Shown here piece by piece: positions 1 to 9,056 of a stretch of 46,231 nt of DNA. This DNA comes from an uncultured Acidimicrobiales bacterium (GTDB taxonomy: Bacteria > Actinomycetota > Acidimicrobiia > Acidimicrobiales > SHLQ01). The position numbers were made by a program, and so were the translations under genes. Below the pieces are notes generated by a model, which saw only the letters and a program-made list of their open reading frames with translations, ran no database searches and was not told the DNA's origin. Position 1 is the stretch's first letter. Each line of letters starts with the position of its first letter. The DNA is taken from assembly GCA_964445255.1 (NCBI GenBank), contig CAYUKM010000003.1:1-46231 (forward strand). The letters run 5' to 3'.

Positions 1-8
1 AGATACTC

Positions 9-1538
9 GTGAGAAATACACCTAAGCGCAAGCCTGCGCTTCTTAAACTGCTGGGGCTCTTTGCAGCTCTCGCAATGATCGCTGCTGCATGCGGCGGCGC
101 TGAAGAACTTGCTGACACTGCTGCTGACGCAGCGGGCGATGCAGCTGACGCAGCAGCCGACGTAGTCGATGGCGACGAAGAAGAAGAAGCCATGGAAGAC
201 GAAGAAGAAGAAGCCATGGAGGACGAAGAAGAAGAAGCCATGGAGGACGAAGAAGAGCCAGCTGAAGCGGCTCCTTCCTTCGACGGCCAAGAGATCACGG
301 TTGCTGTTGTAAACAACGGCGCTACCGACTCGATCCAGCGCTTCACCCCAGACTTCTTCACCGCTGATACCGGTCTTCAGGTCAACTTCCTCGAGCTTCC
401 AGAGCAGGAACTGCGTGAGCGTGTCACCCTCGCCGCCGGTACCGGTTCGGCCGAGTTCGACGCATTCATGATTGGCCCATTCGAGGCACCACAGTTCGGT
501 GGCGTTAACGGATGGATCCAGGACCTCACCCCATTGGCAGAGGCTGACGATGACTACAACCTCGGCGATCTCCTCGACCCAATCCGTGGCGCTCTCTCCC
601 TCAACGGTGAGCTCTACGGCGTTCCTTTCTACGGTGAGTCATCCTTCGTGATGTTCAACCAGGAAATCATGGACGCTGCAGGCATCGACTTCCCAGCTGC
701 ACCTACCTGGGATGAGATCGCAGAAATCGCTGAAGCTGTTGACACCGACGATGTTGCAGGTATCTGCCTTCGTGGTCTCGCTGGCTGGGGCGACCTTGGC
801 GCATCTCTCACCACTGTTGTGAACACCTTCGGTGGAACCTGGTGGGAAGCTAACGCTGACGGCACCCCTGGTGAAGCACAGATCAACCAGCCTGACTCAG
901 GCTTCCGTGCAGCAACCGAGTTCTACGTAGACCTTGTCCAGAACTTCGGTGAGGACGACGCTGCTAACTCGTCATTCCCTCAGTGCCTTGAGCTCATGCA
1001 GAGCGGTGGCGCAGCAATGTGGTACGACGCAACGGTTGCCGCTGGCTTCCTTGAGAACGAAGGCCTCACCGGCAACCTCGGTGTAGCTCTCGCTCCTACC
1101 GGCCCAGCAGAACTTCCTGCTGGTTGGCTCTGGACCTGGTCGTTCGCTATCCCTGAGAACGCACCAAACACCGCAGCCGCTTGGGAATTCATCAGCTGGG
1201 CAACCTCTGAGGAATACATCAACATCGTTGGTGAGAACGACGGCTTCGCAGCTGCCCCTCCTGGATCTCGCGTTTCGACCTACGAGAACCCTGACTACAT
1301 CGCAGCTTCTGAGTCCTTCGGCCAGACCACGCTTGAACAGATTCAGATTGCAATGCCAGAGAGCCCAGGAACCACCCCACGTCCAGGCCTTCCAGGCGTT
1401 CAGTACGTAGGTATCCCAGAGTTCCAGGACATCGGTACCCGATGCACCCAGGAAATCTCCGCAGCAATCGCTGGACAGCAGTCAGTAGACGCAGCTCTCG
1501 ACAACTGCCAGGCAATTGCCTCTGAGGTAAGCCAATAA
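9..1538 (+). CDS. Sugar/polyol ABC transporter substrate-binding lipoprotein (sorbitol/mannitol SmoE/MtlE-like)
   Basis: Signal peptide with lipobox IAAAC; acidic linker; CUT1 SBP motifs PFYGESS, GICLRG.AGWG, WLWTWSFAIP; first gene of ABC operon. Confidence 0.9.
   Translation: MRNTPKRKPALLKLLGLFAALAMIAAACGGAEELADTAADAAGDAADAAADVVDGDEEEEAMEDEEEEAMEDEEEEAMEDEEEPAEAAPSFDGQEITVAVVNNGATDSIQRFTPDFFTADTGLQVNFLELPEQELRERVTLAAGTGSAEFDAFMIGPFEAPQFGGVNGWIQDLTPLAEADDDYNLGDLLDPIRGALSLNGELYGVPFYGESSFVMFNQEIMDAAGIDFPAAPTWDEIAEIAEAVDTDDVAGICLRGLAGWGDLGASLTTVVNTFGGTWWEANADGTPGEAQINQPDSGFRAATEFYVDLVQNFGEDDAANSSFPQCLELMQSGGAAMWYDATVAAGFLENEGLTGNLGVALAPTGPAELPAGWLWTWSFAIPENAPNTAAAWEFISWATSEEYINIVGENDGFAAAPPGSRVSTYENPDYIAASESFGQTTLEQIQIAMPESPGTTPRPGLPGVQYVGIPEFQDIGTRCTQEISAAIAGQQSVDAALDNCQAIASEVSQ
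174..257 (+). repeat. In-frame 24-bp tandem repeat, about 3.5 copies (DEEEEAME)
   Basis: GACGAAGAAGAAGAAGCCATGGAR units start at 174, 198 and 222, with a partial unit at 246. Confidence 0.95.
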
Positions 1539-1586
1539 GCCTTTAGGCTTAGAGCTATAGAAAGCGAATTTGCTTTCTGATTCGTA

Positions 1587-1620
1587 TGTACCAGCAGGTC
1601 GGCAACGGCCTGCTGGTACA
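1587..1620 (+). other. Strong intercistronic hairpin after the SBP gene (mRNA stabiliser or partial terminator)
   Basis: TGTACCAGCAGG..CCTGCTGGTACA perfect 12-bp stem; further hairpins at 1536-1551, 1559-1578 and 1634-1657. Confidence 0.7.
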
Positions 1621-1678
1621 AATGATTTGTGAGGACTTTGCGCAGGCGCGCAAAGTCATTAGGACGTACAAGGGCGCT

Positions 1679-2623
1679 GTGACCACCGAGATATCGAACG
1701 TAGATACGCAAGTCTCCTCAGTAGGGGTTGATCCCGCTGCAGTGAAAGCAGCTGAACGTAAGGAGAGGTGGCTACGCCGAATTCCGCTCTTACCGGCGCT
1801 GATCTTTACGATCGTCGTCACCCAGGTCCCATTCGTCATCGCACTGTGGATCTCGCTAAACGATTGGGCGTTCCTTACGCCAAACCCAATCGAATTCGTC
1901 GGTCTGGACAACTTCACGTCGATTCCAGACAATGGTCGATTCGTCGACTCGATCATTAATACTTTCTGGATCACCTTCGGTACGGCGTTCTTCTCGACGG
2001 TGATCGCCACCGGGCTCGCCATTGCCCTAGACAAGAAGTTCATCGGTCAGTCGGTTGTCCGAACGCTTCTCATCACACCGTTCCTTACGATGCCGGTGGC
2101 GGCATCGCTGATTTGGCGAAACAGTATTCTCGACGTCCGCTTCGGCTTCGTGAACTTCCTGCTCACGAGTCTCGGGTTTGACGCGTTCGAGACGTCGTCA
2201 TCGCCGCTGTTCACCGTGCTGGTCTTCTCGATCTGGCAGTGGACGCCATTTCTCATGCTCATCTTGCTCGCAGGTCTGCAGAGCCAGCCGCCATCGGTGC
2301 TTGAGGCCGCACGGGTCGATGGCGCTAGCAACTCAGCAATCTTCTTCCAGATCACCCTGCCGCACTTGCGGCCCTATCTTGAGCTCGGCGCACTGCTCAG
2401 CTCGATCTTCTTGATCCAAACCTTCGACGCTGTCGATCAGCTCGCAGGTGGCGCCATCGGCGCCCAAAACATCCCGTTCTTTGTGCACCAGCGAGCCATC
2501 GGTGGCGCATTCCAATTCGGCGAAGCATCGGCGTTCGGTGTCGTCGTGGTGATCGCATCGATCATCCTGGCGACCTTCTCGCTGCGAGTGCTTTCCGGTC
2601 TACTTGATGGAGACGACCTATGA
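1679..2623 (+). CDS. Carbohydrate ABC transporter permease
   Basis: Multiple TM helices; EAARVDGAS EAA loop; GTG start at 1679 with AAGGG RBS preferred over 1586. Confidence 0.9.
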   Translation: MTTEISNVDTQVSSVGVDPAAVKAAERKERWLRRIPLLPALIFTIVVTQVPFVIALWISLNDWAFLTPNPIEFVGLDNFTSIPDNGRFVDSIINTFWITFGTAFFSTVIATGLAIALDKKFIGQSVVRTLLITPFLTMPVAASLIWRNSILDVRFGFVNFLLTSLGFDAFETSSSPLFTVLVFSIWQWTPFLMLILLAGLQSQPPSVLEAARVDGASNSAIFFQITLPHLRPYLELGALLSSIFLIQTFDAVDQLAGGAIGAQNIPFFVHQRAIGGAFQFGEASAFGVVVVIASIILATFSLRVLSGLLDGDDL

Positions 2624-3519
2624 GCGGTGTAAGCGACGAAATCGTTGGTGTAAATACCCGCTGGAGTTCCATCAGCGCAGCGGTCGTTGGCTGGGCGGCC
2701 GCCATCGTGTTCTTCTTCCCGATCTTTTGGATGGTGCACACCTCCTTTAAGACCGAAGACGACGCGCAGAGCCTCGATCCGGTGTTCTTCTTTAACCCCT
2801 CGTTCGATCGTTACCGCGAAGTCAGCGAGGACTTCGGCGGCAACCTCGGTGCCGTCGATGCATTCACCAACTCGTTCAGCGTCGTCATCGTGTCGACAAT
2901 TCTCGTGTTGTTGATGGGTATCCCCGCCGCGTATGCGCTCACGATCCGCCCGATCGAGAAATGGCGCGACGTGTTGTTCTTCTTCATCTCGACGAAGTTC
3001 CTGCCAATCGCTGCAGCGATCGTGCCGTTGTTCTTCTTCGCTGATGCTATTCCCTACCCAACGCTCGGACTTCCGTTCCTCGACACCGACGACCTTCTCG
3101 GTACTCGACTCGGGCTGACGATCGTCTACACAGCGTTCAACTTGCCGCTCGGTGTGTGGATGATGCGCTCGTTCTTCGAGGAGGTTCCGAAGGAACTCAT
3201 CGAGGCTGCCCAGATCGATGGAGCATCGATTACCGAGCAGCTGCGTTCGGTGATCTTGCCGATCGTGTCGCCTGGTATCGCCGCGACCGCACTGCTGAGC
3301 TTCATCTTCGCTTGGAACGAGTTCTTCCTTGCGTTGAATCTCACCGCGGCAGATACCGCAACGGTTCCCATCTGGGTCACCGGTACGGTGGACGGACGCG
3401 GACAGTTTTTTGCAAAGTTGTCCGCAGCTGCAACAATGGCCTCGATTCCGGTCATCGCGGCTGGGTGGATTGCACAAAAACGCTTGGTACGTGGGCTCGC
3501 GCTCGGTGCAATCAAGTAA
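2620..3519 (+). CDS. Carbohydrate ABC transporter permease
   Basis: EAAQIDGAS loop, FIFAWNEF motif; ATGA overlap with the upstream permease. Confidence 0.92.
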   Translation: MSGVSDEIVGVNTRWSSISAAVVGWAAAIVFFFPIFWMVHTSFKTEDDAQSLDPVFFFNPSFDRYREVSEDFGGNLGAVDAFTNSFSVVIVSTILVLLMGIPAAYALTIRPIEKWRDVLFFFISTKFLPIAAAIVPLFFFADAIPYPTLGLPFLDTDDLLGTRLGLTIVYTAFNLPLGVWMMRSFFEEVPKELIEAAQIDGASITEQLRSVILPIVSPGIAATALLSFIFAWNEFFLALNLTAADTATVPIWVTGTVDGRGQFFAKLSAAATMASIPVIAAGWIAQKRLVRGLALGAIK

Positions 3520-3562
3520 GTAGATCTTGTAAAACGCCAAACAGGCATGGACGGAGGAAATA

Positions 3563-4669
3563 GTGGCTCAGGTCACCTATGAAAGTGCGAGTCGAATCTA
3601 TGGGTTCGGCTCCTCACTAGAGGTTCGCGCGGTCGACAAACTCGACTTGCACATCACCGACGGCGAACTCTTGGTGCTTGTCGGTCCATCAGGGTCGGGT
3701 AAGTCCACCGCGCTGCGTATGCTCGCAGGCCTGGAACCAATTAACGAAGGTCGCCTCATCATTGACGACCGCGACGTATCGCTCGTTCGCCCACAGGATC
3801 GCGACATCGCAATGGTGTTCCAGAACTACGCCCTGTACCCACAGATGACTGTGGGCGAAAACATGGCCTTTGCGCTCAAGCAGCAAAAGATCCCTAAGGA
3901 CGAGCGTCGCACCCGCGTTGAGGAAGCTGCTCGCATCCTCGACCTGTCGCCATATCTCGACCGCAAGCCCAAGGCACTCTCGGGTGGTCAGCGTCAGCGT
4001 GTCGCCATGGGACGCGCCATCGTGCGTGAGCCGAAGGTGTTCTTGATGGATGAGCCGCTGTCGAACCTCGACGCCAAGCTCCGTGTGCAGACCCGTACCG
4101 AACTCGTCGACCTTCAGGCCCGCCTCGGAGTCACGACCGCATATGTAACCCACGATCAGGTCGAGGCTATGACGATGGGTCACCGCGTCGCCGTACTTGA
4201 TCACGGTGTGCTCCAACAGGTCGACACCCCAGGACGGCTCTACAGCCACCCGGACAACCTCTTCGTAGCCGGGTTCATCGGCTCCCCAGCCATGAACCTC
4301 GTCGAGACCGAGCGTTCCGGTAACGATCTCCATCTCGGTAACAACGTGGTGCCATTAACACCGTCGGTACAGGCCGATCTTGAGCAGTCGAGCGCAAAGA
4401 AGTTTGTTGTGGGCGCTCGCCCAGAGCATCTCGCCACCGTCGAAGGCGGCACCGCCGCAACCGCGAATGTCATCGAGGACCTCGGCTCAGAAGCTTTCGT
4501 GCACGCGACCATGCCACACCAGGGCCGCGACGAGACGATTGTGATCCGCGTCCCTGGCGAGACCGCCATCAAGCGCGGCGACAACATCAACATCAGTGTT
4601 GACGGTCCGCTACACATCTTCGAAGCAGAGTCCGGCCGCCGGTTGGGCTCTGAAGAAGACGCCGAGTAG
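3563..4669 (+). CDS. Sugar ABC transporter ATP-binding protein (MalK/MsmX/UgpC family)
   Basis: Walker A GPSGSGKST, LSGGQRQRVAMGRA signature, Walker B FLMDEPLSNLD, C-terminal TOBE-like region; GGAGG RBS. Confidence 0.95.
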   Translation: MAQVTYESASRIYGFGSSLEVRAVDKLDLHITDGELLVLVGPSGSGKSTALRMLAGLEPINEGRLIIDDRDVSLVRPQDRDIAMVFQNYALYPQMTVGENMAFALKQQKIPKDERRTRVEEAARILDLSPYLDRKPKALSGGQRQRVAMGRAIVREPKVFLMDEPLSNLDAKLRVQTRTELVDLQARLGVTTAYVTHDQVEAMTMGHRVAVLDHGVLQQVDTPGRLYSHPDNLFVAGFIGSPAMNLVETERSGNDLHLGNNVVPLTPSVQADLEQSSAKKFVVGARPEHLATVEGGTAATANVIEDLGSEAFVHATMPHQGRDETIVIRVPGETAIKRGDNINISVDGPLHIFEAESGRRLGSEEDAE

Positions 4670-4678
4670 CCCAGGCAG

Positions 4679-5533
4679 ATGTTTGCGGCAGTAGAAGCAG
4701 GCGGCACGAAGTTTCGTGCCGCTGTCTTCAGCGACGAAACGACCGTGGTCGACCAAGAGTGGATTCCAACAACCACTCCCGATGAGACACTCGGTGCAAT
4801 CGAGCGCTTCTTCGAAAGGCACGACGGAATTGTTTCTCTTGGTATCGCGTCTTTCGGCCCGCTTGTGATCGATCGGTCGTCGCCGAAGTTCGGCGCCATT
4901 GCTGCTACCCCGAAGCCTGGCTGGACCGATGCGCCACTACTGGAGCGGCTAACTAATACCCTCGGCGTACCCTCCGACATCCAGACCGATGTAGAGGCCG
5001 CCGCAGTCGCTGAGTGGCGTCATGGCAACGGCCAAGGGTTCTCAAGGGTCGGTTACGTAACGGTCGGCACCGGCATCGGTGCTGCGATCGCGATCGATGG
5101 GGTGCCGTTTCGAGGTCGTGCGCATACCGAGATGGGGCACATCCCGGTCAAGCGACATCCCGACGATACCTATCCGGGTCGAGACCCCTTCCACATGGAT
5201 TGCCTTGAGGGAATGGCCGCTGGACCTGCGATCGGTGAACGCTGGGACGCTGATCCTAAGACGCTTGTCGATCGCGATGACGTGTGGGAGTTGGAGGCTT
5301 ATTACCTCGCGCAGCTGGTGCGAGTATACACCTTGACGTTTGCTCCCGATATCGTCCTTTTCGGCGGTGGCGTGGGCACACTGCCTCATCTCGATGACCG
5401 CATCCGCGCGGCGGCAGAGATCGACCTGGCTGGCTACGCCGTCGACGGACCGCCACAGGTCATGACCGCTGGACTGGGTGAAGACGCCGGGCTCATTGGC
5501 GCTGCTGTAGTAGCTGCCGGGCTGGTCGCCTGA
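4679..5533 (+). CDS. ROK-family kinase, fructokinase-like
   Basis: EAGGTKF, GIASFGP, TPKPGW, VTVGTGIG, EMGH..HMDCLEG motifs of ScrK/GmuE-type ROK fructokinases. Confidence 0.85.
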   Translation: MFAAVEAGGTKFRAAVFSDETTVVDQEWIPTTTPDETLGAIERFFERHDGIVSLGIASFGPLVIDRSSPKFGAIAATPKPGWTDAPLLERLTNTLGVPSDIQTDVEAAAVAEWRHGNGQGFSRVGYVTVGTGIGAAIAIDGVPFRGRAHTEMGHIPVKRHPDDTYPGRDPFHMDCLEGMAAGPAIGERWDADPKTLVDRDDVWELEAYYLAQLVRVYTLTFAPDIVLFGGGVGTLPHLDDRIRAAAEIDLAGYAVDGPPQVMTAGLGEDAGLIGAAVVAAGLVA

Positions 5534-5589
5534 ACCGAAGTTCTGCTGTCCGGGTAGACAAACGAACCAGAGCCTGGGCAAGCTGAGCT

Positions 5590-6579
5590 ATGGCCGTTGC
5601 CGTACCGTTTCCCACCGTTCAACCACCCGGTTATACGTGGCTTGACGATGAGCCGCTCTTCGACGCGGAGCTTCACCTGGAGCCTGAGGAACCCACCGAG
5701 GTCGTGTTGCTCGCCGACCTTGGCTATGACGAAGAGGAGATCGCGGGGAAGGTCACCCCGGTCGCCGCATCGTCTCCCTTTCGCCTTCTGAGCGACGAGG
5801 GGTCTCGGGTGATGTTGGAGGTCGCGCGTCGGCTCAGAAGCCACGTCAAGCCCGCAGGGGCGCGTATAGAGAACGTCGTGCGTGGCGGGTGCTATCGGTC
5901 CCGCTGGCTACGCGATCTCTGCATCAGCCCTGAGGTGGCTCACCATCTGGGGTCAATCTACGGAATCGACATCGCACCGCACCCGATGCCGGTCCACCTC
6001 GGGCACCTGAACTACGAACCCAAGAAGATCGACAACGCGATCGACAAATGGCACCACGACACGCTTCCACTCGACTACGTCATGGCCGTTACCGACCCTG
6101 CCACGGTGGACGGCGGTCGCTTCGAGTACTTCCTCGGTACGAAACATGAGGCGGCTGAGCTCGCTGCTGCCGGTAAGACGCCGCCGCCCGAACGGGTCGT
6201 AGCGCCAGAGTTCCCCGCCTCTGGGTATGCCATCGCGCTCCATGGCGACATGGTCGTGCACCGCGCTGGCCCGCTGTTTTCGCCTTGTGAACGAATCTCG
6301 ATGGTTAATGGATATGTCTCGCTCGACACCGCTCTAGACGAACAGGCACGCAACAAGGATCTGATGGTTGTCGACGACCCAAACGTGCTCTACACCGAGT
6401 GGGCCAAGATGGCCGCGTGGCGAGCACAGAGCCGCTTAACGGCGCTGATCGACGAACTCGGCTTCACCGACGACAAAGAAACTGTCGCAGCTTCCCTCGA
6501 GCACGCGATTGCCGATGCCCAACGAGCTGTTGATGAAATGCGAGCGGGCCCTGAGGAAATCCATCACTACGGCGGTTAG
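5590..6579 (+). CDS. Hypothetical protein, probable Fe(II)/2-oxoglutarate dioxygenase fold
   Basis: WHHD (HxD) ... GGRFEY ... VVHRA ... RISMV spacing typical of DSBH oxygenases. Confidence 0.6.
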   Translation: MAVAVPFPTVQPPGYTWLDDEPLFDAELHLEPEEPTEVVLLADLGYDEEEIAGKVTPVAASSPFRLLSDEGSRVMLEVARRLRSHVKPAGARIENVVRGGCYRSRWLRDLCISPEVAHHLGSIYGIDIAPHPMPVHLGHLNYEPKKIDNAIDKWHHDTLPLDYVMAVTDPATVDGGRFEYFLGTKHEAAELAAAGKTPPPERVVAPEFPASGYAIALHGDMVVHRAGPLFSPCERISMVNGYVSLDTALDEQARNKDLMVVDDPNVLYTEWAKMAAWRAQSRLTALIDELGFTDDKETVAASLEHAIADAQRAVDEMRAGPEEIHHYGG

Positions 6580-6607
6580 CCCCCGAAATGCGCGCTCAGA
6601 AGCGAAT

Positions 6608-7138
6608 TTAGCGCCATTTGCTGCGCAAATTTCGGGCTTGCGGGGCCATCATGTGGTCCTCACCTTCCCGGGCACGGGTGGAAGAGACGCTACGAAGCTC
6701 CTCAGAGGTCTCCAGGATGTCTGCCCCGACGATCGGCTCTCCGTCTCGCTCAGCGACCACAACGGTCGGTAGGCGGGCAATGGAGGCGTCTCTGTGGGCG
6801 TCGTCGTCGTAGTAGGCGCTGTCATTGACCTGCGCCCACTTATCAGCGCCCATGATCACCACATCGAAACCCTCGGCGATGTCGGCAATCAATTTCAGTT
6901 CTGTGGTGGCGACCACGAGCCAATCGTAAGCTCTGGCATCGGCTTCAATGGCCGCGATCCGTTCGTCGAAGCTCGGACCCGGTGGATTCGGTTTGTCGAG
7001 AGCAGCCACGCTCACCACCAAATGAATCTCGTCGAGGCCATGGCGCGCTCGCGCGAGACGGGCGATTTCGAGGTGCGCAATCGTCAACGGATTAAACGAG
7101 CCGGGGAACACCCCGCGCCGGGGATTGGTGCCTGCCAC
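6608..7138 (-). CDS. HIGH-superfamily nucleotidyltransferase (NadD/CoaD-like)
   Basis: GVFPGSFNPLTIAH, MGADK and VSST motifs; start uncertain (GTG 7138 preferred because upstream sequence is the ilv leader/promoter). Confidence 0.7.
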   Translation of the reverse strand: MAGTNPRRGVFPGSFNPLTIAHLEIARLARARHGLDEIHLVVSVAALDKPNPPGPSFDERIAAIEADARAYDWLVVATTELKLIADIAEGFDVVIMGADKWAQVNDSAYYDDDAHRDASIARLPTVVVAERDGEPIVGADILETSEELRSVSSTRAREGEDHMMAPQARNLRSKWR

Positions 7139-7171
7139 CCCGCCATGTTGCCTTGAGGAGGGGTTCGAAGG

Positions 7172-7177
7172 CATACT
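7172..7177 (+). promoter_or_regulatory. -10 box (CATACT) of the leaderless ilv leader transcript
   Basis: Hexamer lies 6 nt before GTG 7184; TTGCCT candidate -35 at 7148-7153. Confidence 0.55.
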
Positions 7178-7183
7178 CAAAGC

Positions 7184-7222
7184 GTGTTTTCGCAAGCCAT
7201 TCTCGTAGTAGTAGTTATGTAG
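7184..7222 (+). CDS. ilvB operon leader peptide MFSQAILVVVVM
   Basis: GTG TTT TCG CAA GCC ATT CTC GTA GTA GTA GTT ATG TAG; six consecutive Ile/Leu/Val codons upstream of ilvB and of a terminator. Confidence 0.85.
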   Translation: MFSQAILVVVVM

Positions 7223-7248
7223 CACACGGCCAACCCGCCGTGTGCTTC

Positions 7249-7280
7249 GCCTTCCCAACCGGGAAGGCTTCTTCGTTTTT
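7249..7280 (+). terminator. Attenuator terminator upstream of ilvB
   Basis: GCCTTCCC-AACC-GGGAAGGC followed by TTCTTCGTTTTT; preceded by a 10-bp hairpin at 7221-7246. Confidence 0.85.
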
Positions 7281-7319
7281 GGCCCACCACCAACCACCCA
7301 CCAACTGAGGAATCACATC

Positions 7320-9056
7320 ATGGAAATGGACGGAGGAACAGCCCTCTTGAAGGCCCTCGAGTACGAGGGCGTCGAGGTGGTGTTCGGCTATCCCGGCGGA
7401 GCGATCATGCCCGTCTACGACTCCATGGTTACCGATAAATCATCCCCACGCCATGTGCTCGTACGTCATGAGCAAGGTGCAGGGCATATGGCCTCGGGCT
7501 ATGCGCACGCCACCGGCAAGCCAGGCGTCGTCATGGTCACCAGCGGCCCCGCGGCGACCAATATCGTTACCCCGCTCGCTGACGCCTACCTCGACTCGGT
7601 TCCCATCGTCGCAATCACTGGCCAGGTTCCCTACAACCTCATCGGCACCGACGCATTCCAAGAGACCGACACCACCGGCATCACGATGTCGATCACCAAG
7701 CACAACTACCTCGTCTCGGACCCCAACGACATTCCTCAGGTCGTGCACGAGGCGTTTCACATCGCAACGACCGGCCGCCCGGGCCCGGTACTAATCGATC
7801 TCCCGAAGAACATCACCGACGTCCTCAATCCGCAGTCGACAATGACCTGGAGCGATCCCGTACCGGTGGATCTCCCAGGCTTCAAGCCTGTGTTCGACGG
7901 CGAACCCGAAATGATCGAAGCCGCGGTCGAGCTGATGCTGAAGGCGACTCGTCCGGTGCTCTACGCCGGCGGCGGTATTTTGAAGGCCCGTGGCGCAGCG
8001 GAGCTTCGTGAACTCGCCGAGCGAATGAACATCCCGGTCGTGACAACGCTCATGGCACGAGGCGCTATGCCAGATAGCCACGAACTCAACCTCGGGATGC
8101 CCGGAATGCACGGCAACTACACCGCCGTCATGGCGATGCAGGAGTCAGACCTGCTCATTGCGATGGGAAGCCGTTTCGACGACCGAGTTACCGGCAAGGT
8201 CGACGAGTTTGCCCCCGACGCCAAGGTCATCCACGTCGATATCGATCCTGCTGAACTCGGCAAGATCCGTCTGCCCGACGTCGCCATCCGTGGCGATGCC
8301 AAGCACGTGATGCGTCAGATGCTCGACGTCATCGGCGCCTCCAACCCTGCTGATCACAGCGCCTGGCGCTCGACTCTGTCGGGTTGGCAAGAGAACTATC
8401 CGCTGGCCTACGAAGACGCCGAACCAGGTGGGCGCCTCAAACCCCAGATGGTCTTGGAGCGACTGCACGAGCTGTCGCCAGAGGACACCATCGTTGCTTC
8501 GGGTGTGGGCCAGCACCAGATGTGGGCGAGCCAGTACTGGAAGTTCGAACACCCATACACCTGGCTCAACTCGGGCGGCCTTGGAACGATGGGCTATTCG
8601 ATCCCGGCGGCCATTGGTGCGAAGGTCGGTATGCCAGACAAGACCGTTTGGGCAGTCGACGGCGACGGCTGTTTCCAAATGACGAGCCAAGAGCTAATTA
8701 CCGCAGCCGTGGAGAAGATCCCGGTCAAGGTGGCGCTGCTCAACAACACCTACCTTGGCATGGTTCGTCAATGGCAGGAGATGTTCTACGAGAACCGCCT
8801 CTCGGAGGTCGACCTGTCCGGGCCGGTGCCCGATTACATCAAACTGTCTGAAGCGATGGGTTGCGTTGCGATCCGCGTCGAGGACCCTGACGAGGTAGAC
8901 GACGCGATCGAGCGGGCCAACGCCATTAACGACGCTCCAGTCGTGCTCGAGTTCGTCACCGAGCCGAACGAGAACGTGTACCCGATGGTCCCAGGCGGCA
9001 AGAGCAACTCCGAAGTTGTCGTGCCTCCGTTCCAGCAAAAGCGAGCGACAGAATGA
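7320..9056 (+). CDS. ilvB: Acetolactate synthase large subunit
   Basis: VFGYPGGA, RHEQGAGH, TSGPAATN, GLGTMG, ThDP motif GDGCFQM..NN; ATG 7320 after GAGGA RBS. Confidence 0.97.
   Translation: MEMDGGTALLKALEYEGVEVVFGYPGGAIMPVYDSMVTDKSSPRHVLVRHEQGAGHMASGYAHATGKPGVVMVTSGPAATNIVTPLADAYLDSVPIVAITGQVPYNLIGTDAFQETDTTGITMSITKHNYLVSDPNDIPQVVHEAFHIATTGRPGPVLIDLPKNITDVLNPQSTMTWSDPVPVDLPGFKPVFDGEPEMIEAAVELMLKATRPVLYAGGGILKARGAAELRELAERMNIPVVTTLMARGAMPDSHELNLGMPGMHGNYTAVMAMQESDLLIAMGSRFDDRVTGKVDEFAPDAKVIHVDIDPAELGKIRLPDVAIRGDAKHVMRQMLDVIGASNPADHSAWRSTLSGWQENYPLAYEDAEPGGRLKPQMVLERLHELSPEDTIVASGVGQHQMWASQYWKFEHPYTWLNSGGLGTMGYSIPAAIGAKVGMPDKTVWAVDGDGCFQMTSQELITAAVEKIPVKVALLNNTYLGMVRQWQEMFYENRLSEVDLSGPVPDYIKLSEAMGCVAIRVEDPDEVDDAIERANAINDAPVVLEFVTEPNENVYPMVPGGKSNSEVVVPPFQQKRATE

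Noticed and set aside
174-257. Possible CRISPR-like repeat array
   Set aside because: Units are contiguous with no spacers, in frame within a CDS, and no cas genes are present
2437-3540. Long antisense ORFs (also 9757-10587, 38649-39902, 27167-27883 and others)
   Set aside because: Shadow frames of well-supported genes, expected at high GC; no motifs
7242-7319. N-terminal extension of IlvB from GTG 7242
   Set aside because: It is the attenuator terminator; an RBS precedes ATG 7320
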